From the human T2T-CHM13v2.0 reference genome, Homo sapiens, in the NCBI RefSeq assembly GCF_009914755.1, contig NC_060937.1: 64,000 bases of DNA. One strand, given 5' to 3'. The position numbers and the translations under genes are program-made. The stretch's first letter is position 1, and each line of letters opens with the position of its first letter. Of this stretch, positions 50,745 through 64,000 are shown piece by piece. The notes under the pieces are model-generated. The model made no database searches and was not told the DNA's origin. It saw only the letters and a program-made list of their open reading frames with translations.

Positions 50745-51593
50745 GCAATACAAATTTTTAGACCATTTTGTTGAGGTATGCTCAACATACAAAAAGCAGT
50801 ATATATTTAATGTATACCACTTGATGAAATTTCAAGTAAATAAAATAAGTATTACCTAATCTGATCTCTATTCTGGAGTCATTATAAGATAGGCTTTATT
50901 TATTCATTTATTCATTTTTTTTCACTATTGATTGATCCTACAGGTCACACTTTGCATTTTTTATTAACTTTACATTTTGGTATATAAACTTTACTTTTAA
51001 CATTTATATGTTTAATTACAGCATAAAAATCAGCAAGTCTGCTTCATGATTTTTAAATTATTTTTAGCTTCTATTAACATTATGTGAAACTTTGGTACGG
51101 TCACAGAAGTTTTCAATTTAGATTTTTTTAATATAAAAGGAAATGCTACATGGTCCCTTGGTTTATTAAATATCTCACTTTTTGGTTTGTTAAATATTGT
51201 CATGTTTTTAATATATACTACGAATCAAACTGTATAATTATATATATATATATGTCTCTTTGTTTACTTTTTTGCCTAGCATTCTTTATAAATCTTAAAG
51301 TTTATACAATTTTTTTTACTCTTTCTTTACCCTCCTAATTTAAGTACTTGTTTTACCTATCTTAGCACCTGCCTGGGTCTCTGTGCTCTGGGAAAACCTC
51401 TATCACACAAGATTCTGATGAGCAAAGTAGTTCAGAGGAGATCTATCAGACTGCTGTCTTCACTGGTATATATAATGTGCTAATGCATTCCTTATGTAAT
51501 GAGCTTCATTTTCACCAACCAGAACTTGGAATGGAATCCTACTCCACACTGGCAATGATGCTATGGCTGTTGATGAGATGGGGCACTGGGGAG

Positions 51594-52317
51594 TGTATTT
51601 GTCTGGTGGGGCTGTCATAAACAAATACCTAACGCTAGGTCATTTATACACAACAGAAATGTCTTGCTCACAATTCTGAAATCTGTGAGGTCAAAGATTA
51701 AGGTAGCAGATTTTGCATCTGGTGAAAGCCTGTTCCTCATAGATGGCCCCTTTTAGCTGTGTCCTCAAATGGTGAAATGGGTGAGCAAGTTTCCTCAAGC
51801 CTGTTTTAATAAGGCACTATTCACATTCATAAGGGCTCCACTTTCATGACTGTATTAGTCTGTTTTCACACTGCTGATAAAGACATACCTGAGACTGGGA
51901 AATTTACAAAAGAAAGTGATTTATTGGACTTACAGTTCCACGTAGCTGGGGAGGTCTCACAATCATGGCAGAAGGTGAAAGGCACGTCTCACATGGTGGC
52001 AGACAAGAGAAGAACTTGTGCAGGGAAATTCCCCTTTTTAAAACCATCAGATCTCATGGGACTCATTCACTACCACAAAAACAGTGCAGGAAAAGGGCTG
52101 CCCCCAAAATTCAATCACCTGCCACCAGGTCCCTCCCATGACATGTGGAAATTGTGGGAGTTACAATTCAAGATGAGATTTGGATGGGACACTGCCAAAC
52201 CATATCAATGACCCAGTCACCTCTCAAAAGTCCTCACCACTTAATTCTATTGCATATCAGTGATTAGATTTCAAAATAGGAATTTTGGAGGTCCACACAC
52301 ATGCAAAGTCTATAGCA
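51594..52317 (-). mobile_element. MLT1A-like MaLR LTR interrupted by a THE1 LTR
   Basis: Ends tgtatt.. and ..tatagca; perfect 5-bp TSD gggag at 51589-51593 / 52318-52322. Confidence 0.85.
51851..52207 (-). mobile_element. THE1A/B solo LTR
   Basis: tgtattagtctgttttcacactgctgataaagacatacc...ccaaaccatatca; perfect TSD atgac 51846-51850 / 52208-52212. Confidence 0.93.
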
Positions 52318-52775
52318 GGGAGCAAGTTCAATAATGACATGCATAAGGTAATAAGGGTAAGAATGGCTGAGGTGGAAATCAGGGTTGCAGGACATGGAAG
52401 ATCCACTCAAATGCAGGTCTCAGGAGTGACTCATCTGGGGAGAATGTCTGCCAAGCATGTCAGAGACAGGGTCTGGAGCAAATGAGTCAAGGCACTGCCT
52501 GCTTCCAGGTAGGACAACAACTGCCTTCGTCCTTGTGGTCTACAGCATATGGAAATCTTATAAAATCTTCAGATTTTTAGTTGTTTCATCCATTCAACTT
52601 CAGGCAGAAGCAGAGATTGAGAGAGTTTATTTGATAATTCAGAAGCACATTTCTTGAAATAAAAAGAAATTAGGCTAATCTGGAAAGGAGATCTGAGTTG
52701 TAGAAAATGTCTTTGTATTATAAGATTCTGGAGAATTTCTTGTAAAGTGCTGTTTCTGGTTTTGTTTTCTTTCAG

Positions 52776-52831
52776 GGTGTTGTCTCGGTTTTCCTCCCTA
52801 TTTTGGAGTGTGTGGTCAATGTGCAACCAGG
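52776..52831 (+). other. Candidate internal exon (56 nt)
   Basis: Strong acceptor tttctggttttgttttctttcag, donor AGG|GTATGG. Confidence 0.35.
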
Positions 52832-53677
52832 GTATGGGTGTGGAAAACGGCTTCTTGCTTCTTTTAAATTTCTCTGTCAACTTTATTTATTCTGGCTTTT
52901 TCATTTATGTATGTCCATTTTATATTGCACTTAACTGACAATGATGCATAGTAATTTCTTAAAGATTTTACTTCCCCACCAAACTTCACTTGAAATATTT
53001 GACCACTTTTTCTAAGGAGTTTTTTTCATCTGTTAATTCAACATATTCTTGAAATGTATATATGAATTCTTGATCGACATTTTAATACATGTTGGTAGTC
53101 TTTTGAATTTTGAGAGCAGATTACATAATTCCATGTTGACATAGAAGTAACTGAATCCTGATGACATTTCTATTACAAGTAGAAATGATAAATATCAAAT
53201 TAAAATCTGTCCGATTTTGGCACCTAAAATAGATATATACTTTCATTACTAAGAGACTAAGGTTAAAAACATTTCATCTTAATTTTCTTAATTTGAATTA
53301 ACCTTAATTTCATGGTTAAAAAAACAGTTCCCCAGAATAATTACCACTACTCCACATTCTTCCATTTCTATGTGAAATATATTAAAATTTTCATGATCTA
53401 CCCACAAAGGGATAGCAGCATATTCAATCCTACTTGCTCTTCTTGAGTGTTGCCATAAAGTCAAGCTACTGAAATCCATAATAAAAATTTCATTACCTTC
53501 TCCTAATTTTTTATGATTAATAAAAACAAATTAGCAATTAAGAAATTTATTTTATTAATATTGCATTTAGTAGGGGAAATAGCCATATGAGAGGCAAATA
53601 AGAACAGTGAAAAGTCAAATACTTTAAACCATCAGTAAAATTCTTATACGATTTACAATCAATATTCAAGAAGTATT

Positions 53678-54113
<436 letters not shown>

Positions 54114-55355
54114 TCACAGAAGAAAATTGTAGCGGTTATTGCTTTAATTTAATTCAACCCTAATTCATTAAAATTTACTTGTCATTACCTAAGGCAAAAT
54201 GGAGGCCACTATGCCAAAAAGTTTGATTCCATTCAACAAATATTAACAGGTACAAAGATGTATACATGACCGTTTTTCCACTCTCATAAACTTTGAAAGC
54301 TGGAGGAAAAATAGACAGCAACACTCACCTGTGTACATGGAAGAATGAAAGGAAGGCTGACCACCCACTGCTGTCAATCTTTATAGCCACAACTGGTTAA
54401 GAGGGGTTGATCCACTTCAATTGTGTGCAAGTTGCCTCTTTTTAAAACTAGCCATTGTAAAAAGTATGAAACTACAATAAAATAGTAAGTAAATCAATTT
54501 CTATTTTCAACAGTATAGCTGACCAGACATAATTTTAAAGCTCCGGATATAAAATATGTAGTTTCTGATTAAAATTATTATGTAACAAACACTGTCAAAT
54601 GTTTTAATGAATAACTGAACTTCTGGAAGAGTAAGAGAGGAATCGAATATGCAAACAAATAGTTATAATAATGGGTGATTTTAACATTGGGAGTATGAGA
54701 AAAACATTTTGGCAACAAACAAGAGAGAAAATCCTAGTATTTAAAGAAGATAATTATTTTATAGGTGTATTTGCATGGTATGGAGTCAAAGTACACACAG
54801 CAACACAGGCATAATTACCTATTAAAATGAATATATTTTATGATTATCTAATAAAGATACAACAGCATGATTATAGTTGGTATGTCTTGCTGAATTTTGA
54901 GAAAATTTTCTCAATAAAATTTTTGCCATAAAATATGAACTTTAATATTTTCCAAGGTCTCTGAGGTTTTACTTTTACCGATATACTCACTTTTCTAAAA
55001 TGAGCTTCAGAATTCTACTTTATATTTTTATACTCAGTTTTAAAATTCTACTCTATATTTAAAAATCAGTCATAAAAAAAGGTGTCATAAATTTCTCCTA
55101 TTCAACAAGGTATTCTATTTTAGAGCGCATTTATTATTTTTCAACCTAAGCTGCATATAAATTCTTTAAATATGACCTTTGAGAGAGAAATCAAAGATTT
55201 TATCATTTACAGATGATACTTCTCATACGTGATGCTTCTTATAGACGATGCCTCAAGTTTTATTTTAACAGTTATAGATAAGAGACATGATTGTTATATG
55301 CCCAATTATGGCAGCAGAAAAAAAATGGAAGTGTCCACCATGTGGTTGTAAAGTA

Positions 55356-55963
<608 letters not shown>

Positions 55964-56449
55964 AACTATGTATCTTTTTAATCAAGATAAGTTTATGACA
56001 TCCCTCTTAGGTAATAAATCAATATTTATAATTGAATCTCACAGTAATTGTCAAAAAAATTTAAAAATGCTAGAATAATAAAATCTTGTCTGGAAAGGTC
56101 TAATGGTCCCTAACTTTACTTATTTGCATATGGTTGTTCTTAAACTATTCATTTTAAATTTACTTCCTTCCTTATTTGACACTTTAGTGAGGTAGCAGAG
56201 AAAGGATCCAAACATTCAATGCTTTAGGACACCTATCCTCAAAAGTTCATGGTTGAACATTCTTTTATCTTTCAGGCAGAACATAAGTCTCATCTATGCA
56301 TGCAGATAGTAGAGCAAAAGTCTACTTGGCTACAGACAGTCAGACACATTTGTTCATATGATATACTGTAAATCCAGGGAAGTCACGAAGTTTTCTTTGC
56401 ATTGCTCACTTTTGGTCCACTACCAATAAAGTCAAAGGTTAACTGAGGT

Positions 56450-56860
56450 CAACGTTTCACTTCTAGAAAGCTGTCCTTCAGAAATAGTCACACAAATACA
56501 CATACATACATGTACAAAAATGTTTGTTGGAACATTATTTGCAAAACTGAGGGAGCTGGAAAAACCAAAGTGTCCCTTAATGGCCAATGCTTAAATGAAT
56601 TGTTTTACATGCAGTCCATGACATACGATGAAGACATGAAAAAATATTAACATAATTCTGTTTGAACTGTTGAAATGTTTTGGAGTCAGATAATGATTTT
56701 ATATAGTCATATTATTATAATATAATACACATATACATGTATACTTATGTATACACACAAAATAATAATATAAGATTATTAATAACTACGATCGTTAATA
56801 ATTTAAAGGGTGACTTTCACATATTTTACATGCTTTTATATTGTGTAAGTTTTGGCAATG
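56450..56860 (+). mobile_element. L1ME-like fragment
   Basis: ttcacttctag..atgtacaaaaatgtttgttg..ctggaaaaaccaaagtgtcc..ttaaatgaattg. Confidence 0.6.
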
Positions 56861-57954
56861 AGTCTAGTTTGCTAAAATGAAGGCCAAAAAACTGGTTTAT
56901 GATTGAGCAAGAAAAATCATTCCCACAGCTGGAAAATATTCTTCAAGAACTATTTGCAGCATGGTATATTATGATATTGTGATATGAAGTCACTCTTATC
57001 CAAACCCATTGATAAAGCTGGCCATCCTACTGGAGAGGCTGAAAGAGAAATCCATGCATCTCTAGACTGTATAACTTATGGCATGTGTGTGCGCATAACG
57101 CTATTTATTGCCGTAACCAAATTACCATGTGAGACACAAGTTACATTGTGATCATCAAATTGGCAATTTTTAAAAATGCGGATTATATTCCTTCTAAAAT
57201 GCTAATTTATCTACCATATTTCTTAAAAAATAAGACACATGTACATATAAGAAAGAGCATTTTGGCCATGTAATTTTAGAACTGTCTAGGGCAGAAGCAG
57301 GTGCAAAAGAAGGGAGGGATGGGGTTTGCAGTTGGGTCAGGGGATGGTGAAATGAAGTGAAGGGTAGGCAGGGGCAGCTGGTCAGGAGGCAATTACAGCA
57401 CAGTTTCTGCTGTACATATTCTAATATTGTGGGACTTATTTAGAAAGTGCCATGGCGTGGATATTATGTAAGTTTCCAGTATGACTTTTAATTACTAAGA
57501 AATTATTGGTAATTTATTATATGTTGGCTTCATTGATGTCTTATTTTGACTTTTTGTATCCACTATAGAAACCTCAAAAATAAGCTCTCTAATCAATGTG
57601 CCATTTGGGAAGAAATGTTTCTGTTTTGCTATCTGAAGAATTAGATCTCTTCATTCATAGAGGAGCAGGGGATAAAATGAAAATATAAGATAAGTACCCT
57701 TCTTAAAACATGGGGTATCCCTGTGGCACTTAAAATTATTCAAGTCATTTATGCATTATGACATCTCATCCCAATGTATTATTTTCTTTGAAAATGGCAG
57801 AGAAGAAAAAGAGAGGAATATGTTTTTGTCTCTCCAATTATTAAAACAGTCAAGAAAAAAATGTATTAACCTATTCTGTATATCCCTGTGAACTTACCAA
57901 CAGTACTTTTTCTGTGATTCATCTAGTGCTAAAATACAGGCTCCAAAGTAATCA

Positions 57955-58845
<891 letters not shown>

Positions 58846-60184
58846 GGGGAGAAACAGAAGCATGCTCCTCTTTTGCTGCTTTTTTCCTTTTCAACCTGGA
58901 ATTTGTCTTTTCTATTCCCAAGCACTGCTCACTTTCCCACTTTTCCTGAAATGCCTTCATCCTTTCCTCTTGAATGAGCATACTTTCCTCAAGGATCAGT
59001 TCGAACACAGCATCCTGTATGAAGCTTTCTTTTGTGTTTACTTTCACCTTACATAGATTCTCCCTCTGGAATACCAATGCTTCCCTTGTGTACCACAGGC
59101 TTTTCTGTTTTTACACTGACTGATCTTTTTCATGAGTGTAGGTCTAGATTCTTCAGCGCCAGGGTCCTGGAAAGTAACAACCATTTTACTCATCATCTCT
59201 AACATTGGGGTTTTGGACACACCTGGAATTTGATAACAAATTCACCTGTTTGCTTTGTTGACTTAGAATACAGGAACGTTAATTTCAGTAAGCTCCTTAG
59301 AAGTCTCACTCTGATTGTATTTCATGTATGGCAAGTGTTCTCCGCGTTCTCCACCAAAATTAAAATAAAACGCAAGGTCAGCATTTTAATTACTCTCTAA
59401 GTCACCCAAGATACAGTTATATTGTAATATAATTTCAACAAATGGTGGTTGTTTCTCTGAAGAAAACAGGACATATGTCTCATAAAATACCATGGCACTG
59501 CCTAAGAGAAGGTAGAGGGAAGGACCATTGAAACAACAATTTGCTTATGGAAAAGAGAGGCCAAAAGATAGTAGTAGAATTACAGAAGCAGACCATCTCA
59601 GATTTAGATTCTCATAGTCTTCATTTTCACTCCATTCAGCAGACGCCCTTCCACCCTGCTCCCTGCCCCAATGGTTTGTACTGATTTACATACAAAATTC
59701 TACCCAAATAGTTCTTCTTATTCTCCCACATTCAAGGGGAAACAAAAGTGCGACTTCTCCCAACCATCTGGTTTCAGTGGCTGTTGGCTCCGGTGATGAC
59801 AGCGGGGCCCTACACTGTCCCTGCACCTGCTTCCTGTGCCTTGTATGTGTTTTTCCCTGTATATGAACAAGGAGTGTTAGGAATAAGGGATAAGGACATG
59901 GTCTCCCCACAGTCGTACACTGGGACCCTTGCAGCTCCCTCCCTACCCTTTATGAGAGACAATTTCTACTCCCTTCTTCTCTCAAGTGTTGCTCCTTTGG
60001 GCACACTCTATTGACTACTTTTCTCAATAAGAACATTCAGAACTGAATAAAATTTTTTTTTCTGAAATTAAGGGACAGTATAGGATAACAACAGGCATAT
60101 AAGTTATTATAGTAACTCAAATCCCTAACATTGTCAATGGAACAAGGACTAAATTTCCCTTTTCAAGGGTATAAACTGGAATGT

Positions 60185-61461
60185 TACAGCCAAATACTAA
60201 ACAAAATACTTTTGATGTGGTCCAAACACAAGATAGAACTATATTTCATACTATCATCCAGAAACTGTACTTTTAAGAATTGTGTTAGTTTTTAGCTCCT
60301 GCCCCACACTGTTGTTGGAATAAGCTGGATTTCTATGTCATTTGTTCACAAATTGCTGTCAAGTTCTGATCTTTCTCATATTGATACTCGTATGGTTTAC
60401 TAGAACTAATACTTAACAAAAATATGCTAGATTATTTGAGAGAGAAATGTAATAATGTCTTCAACATACTTTAAAATGGGTTAGAGAAAAATACACATAC
60501 ATACATACAGAGAGAGAGAGAAAATGTAGCAGAATGTTAAATGTAGGTGTTTATTGTGTTATTCAATCAATGTATCTGCAGGCTTGAGATTTTTCATAGT
60601 ACACAGTCAAGAACAAGAGATTTAATAGTTATGGGAGGCACTATCCAAGTACGTATATGGGTAGAGACAGATCCTACCATGGAAGTTTTTTTTGTTAACA
60701 GAAGGTAGACATTTTTGAAATGAAGTGTATAATGTCTGTGCCTGGGTTCTTTTGTATACTCACAAGTATAAGACATATTCTCTAAGAAGTTATTAGGCAA
60801 ATATTGGTCATATGCTTTCCTTCTTTCAGGGTCCCTAATTTCATACCAGTTTGAAAGCTTTCTGGTTCTTTTAATGAGGCTGTCACATTTTCCTGAAACA
60901 CAAATCAGAGCACGTCATCTGCTAAGTGTCAAGTGGCCAGCAGGGTACAATATCTAAACTTGCTACCACCCAGGAAAATAGAACAAGAGGTTCTCATTAG
61001 AGAACCAAGAAGGGCACTCACATTTGAGAGAAGAGGCCAGAAGAGCTGAAATGTGAAAGGGAAACAACACTACAGGCCCCATCATTGGAAGGTTTGTCAT
61101 CCGAACATTATATTTGAACTCGGCTATCATTCATTGAACACATGTGGAAAGCACTCTTCAATTCTGCGTATAGCATTTTGTGTTCATACAGCCAGGTACT
61201 GAACAAAACACTTTTGATAGGGTCCAAACACAAGACAGCACATTACTGTATTTTATACTATCTTCTAGAAACTGTACTTTGAAGGTTTGCGTTAGTTTTT
61301 AGTGTCTGCTCTACTACTCTTGAAATCAGCTGAACTTAGATGTCATTTATCCACAAATTGCTGCCAAGTCTGAGCTTACTCAGTTTGATACTTGTTCTGT
61401 TTACTAGAACTAATGATGAACAAAAATGTACTGGATTATTTGAGGGAGAAATGTATTAAAT
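60185..61461. repeat. Pair of diverged ~270-bp direct repeats (60185-60457 and 61187-61461)
   Basis: Both tacagcca..tact.aacaaaa.acttttgat..ggtccaaacacaaga...agaaactgtacttt...gtttactagaactaat...gattatttgag.gagaaatgta. Confidence 0.93.
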
Positions 61462-63168
61462 GAATTAAATGAGGGAGAATGTTAATTACTATAAAGTTCT
61501 TGACCAAGTTGGAGATTTCTTGGGGTAATAAGAATTCACATTTCAAATCAATGATTTAAAAATACTTGAAGAGCCAAGGAATGAACTAATAAAACTAGGC
61601 ATAATTATAGCCTAATTTTATGGTAGAAACTACTAAAGAAATTCTCAGGGAATTCTTGTCTCTTCTAGTCAATAAAATGAACACAATTAAATCAATAAAG
61701 ATTATTTCCTCATATAAACTATTTATTGAGAGTTGTTCAACCAATACTATGTAGGAAACCAAAGACAGAGACACACATACCTAAAGTCTTCATCCAGTGC
61801 TGCCCAAATACAATTTCCCTCTTTTTTTCCCCATGGACCCAGGAGAGTTATAAATAGTAAGAAAGAATGTGAGAAAAAGCAATCCCAAAACCTATAAATC
61901 ACTGGACATAATGCTTCTGAAGACAGGTTCATTGAGAAGAAGAGATTTAAGGTATGTAAACATCTATATTCTTTTGAGAAATGTATCAGTACTTGGGTGA
62001 CAGGTTTAGATCTTGAAAAAATAGATATTTGAAAGGTATAATATTTTAGAATTCATGTAATTCCTTTTGAGGACAGCATCTTTGGATTACAAAGAGTGTC
62101 CTGCCATTGCAGGCAGCCGACTTCTTAAGTCTAATTTGATGTCTCATGCACGCAAATAACCTTTCTTATCAAATCCACTCATCAAAGGCGGTGATTATAA
62201 AATAAAATATTCCAAACTAGCATGCAATGTGCTATAAAGAGTTATGATACAAAGCTTTAGAATTTCTGATTTCCCTTACCAAATGTCTGACTAGATCCTT
62301 AACCATCTGAGCATATTTTTTTCTCATGTGTAATGTATAAGAAAATTAAATTAGATTAAGAGCTATTTTGGCTGAAAATGTATATAATCCTGCCTTTAAA
62401 AACAGTTGTATTATTAAATCTATCTAATTATTTTAATATATTTTAAGCAAGTTATTCATTCTAACAGTAAGAACTCTATTATTTTGATACCTGAACAGTA
62501 TCAAACCATCCAAAACATTTAGCATAATCTTTCTCAGAGGAGTGAATAAAGTTCAGATACTTTTTGACAATTTATTAGTTCTATTTATAAATACACCTCA
62601 CTTGCAACACGTGGAGCTGCAAATTTTTGCATTTAATATCATAAGGTTGTGATTATAGATTTATATGGGAATCCTTAATGGACTCACCTAGTAGAAATTC
62701 TCTGGCAGCAGAGACAACCACAGAGACCCTCTGCTGGGTCAATTAATACAAGTGTTCTTCTAATGAGCCAAGAGGTATTTAGAAGCTCAGGGATCAATTA
62801 ATTTGTAAGTCAATAAACAATTTAGGAAAGTAAGTAGAGAATTAAAATGGACAATATTTTTTTAGAATACTAGTCATATTAATATGACCTTAAAAATTAT
62901 TTTTATGCAATGCTTGAAACTCTCACTAATGGCATTTGCAGTCAGGGAAACTGAGTCAATAAAAAGTCTAGTGAAATAAAAGTCATCTTTGTCTTCTATT
63001 TCAATTTCTGAAAAATAGAAATTTGTACACTTGAACTTTCAATAACTTACTGTGAACTGAGACCTCAAGGAGTCCCATAGTTTAATAACGAGGACCAAGA
63101 ATCAGGGTCTTCTGCATCAACCTGACTTTACTATCTGTTTCACAAATATTTGCTCAGGAAGATAAAGC

Positions 63169-63560
63169 TGTAAGTCAGTAAATAACTTCATGGTTGGCTT
63201 CAGGAGCTTTCCCCAAACCAACAGATTGCTCAAACAGCACCCCTCTCAGCAAATTGCTCTTTTATAGAACAAATGTTTATTTATCAATATTTGCTTCAAG
63301 ACCCTCACCTCTAGGAGTCCACTAATCCTAAATCACAAAATCAGGACCTTGGGCCAATCCTCCTAAGGTCCCTATAGGGAAAGATTTATCTTAAATAACT
63401 TGAGTCCAGACCTCAAAAAGCCCACAAATATCCATTCCTAGGCCCTCCCTTCTGAAAATTACTGAAAGTCATCTTCTTGTGATCTTCCTTACTGGAAGCA
63501 ATAAACTGAGCTTTGCTTGATCAACAGGTTACTCTCGGTAGTTGCTCAAGACAACCTTCA
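63169..63560 (+). mobile_element. ERV1-class LTR fragment (MER67/MER31-like)
   Basis: ccctcccttctga..cttccttactg..aagcaataaactgagctttgcttgatcaacagg. Confidence 0.5.
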
Positions 63561-63571
63561 TATCTCCTCCG

Positions 63572-64000
63572 TGTGACTAAATTTCAGACAAGTTTCTTGA
63601 TTCCAGGACTCTTTTTTTTAAAATAATTTTTAAGAGCATTTATTTTAGGATTGATTAGGGCAGGAGGCTTTAGAAAACCTGTAACTAATTTTTTTTCCTG
63701 CCGCTTAAAGGTGTATGTCTTCTTCCAACCTGCTGCCAGGTTTTCAACCCAGGAATGTCTTTCTCAAGGACCTACAAGCCATTCCTTCGAAAAGTAATCA
63801 TCAAAGAAGATAGAACTTCTATCTCCCAGTCCTTATAGGAGGGTAGAAGCCTAACTTCAGCAGATGCCTTGCTTCAAAGTATAAATGCCTCCTGTCACAG
63901 AAAGTGTATGATTTCTCCACAGAAGGTTAGTACACTCAGACAACCTACCATCCTGCTCCCTGCTCTCTGCGTTTAAAACTCTCCAGCCCTTTGTCTTAGC
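63572..64000 (+). mobile_element. MER4-group ERV1 LTR (LTR54/MER65/MER93-like), runs off the window
   Basis: caacccaggaatgtctttctcaaggacc..catcaaagaagatag..ctatctcccagtc..ggagggtagaagcctaacttcag. Confidence 0.6.

Overview
This is AT-rich primate (human-like) nuclear DNA, intronic or intergenic in character. It is dominated by interspersed repeats: 12 full-length Alus (J, S and Y subfamilies), L1 fragments from young L1PA to ancient L1M, a complete THE1D MaLR provirus, solo LTRs (MLT1, MSTB, THE1, MLT2A, MER77-like, ERV1-type), Tigger2a/MER2/MER5 DNA transposons, L2/MIR relics and micro/minisatellites. I recognise no known protein-coding gene. Most ORF-track entries look Alu-, L1- or LTR-derived or spurious, and I saw no rRNA, tRNA or CRISPR. 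Repeat subfamily names come from my recall of consensus sequences, not a search. The best leads are: (1) a CpG-retaining promoter-like island at ~44.3-44.5 kb with tandem RFX X-box-like sites and a chain of candidate plus-strand exons that can splice into a 142-aa ORF; (2) a clean L1 3' transduction at 19444-19615; (3) a frameshift-free, possibly CpG-decayed reading frame of unknown origin at 7601-8060; (4) templated-insertion scars; (5) two old direct-repeat pairs spaced ~1 kb apart; (6) a 23-bp minisatellite; (7) several enhancer/promoter-like motif clusters. All functional claims are inference and need transcript, conservation or epigenomic data.
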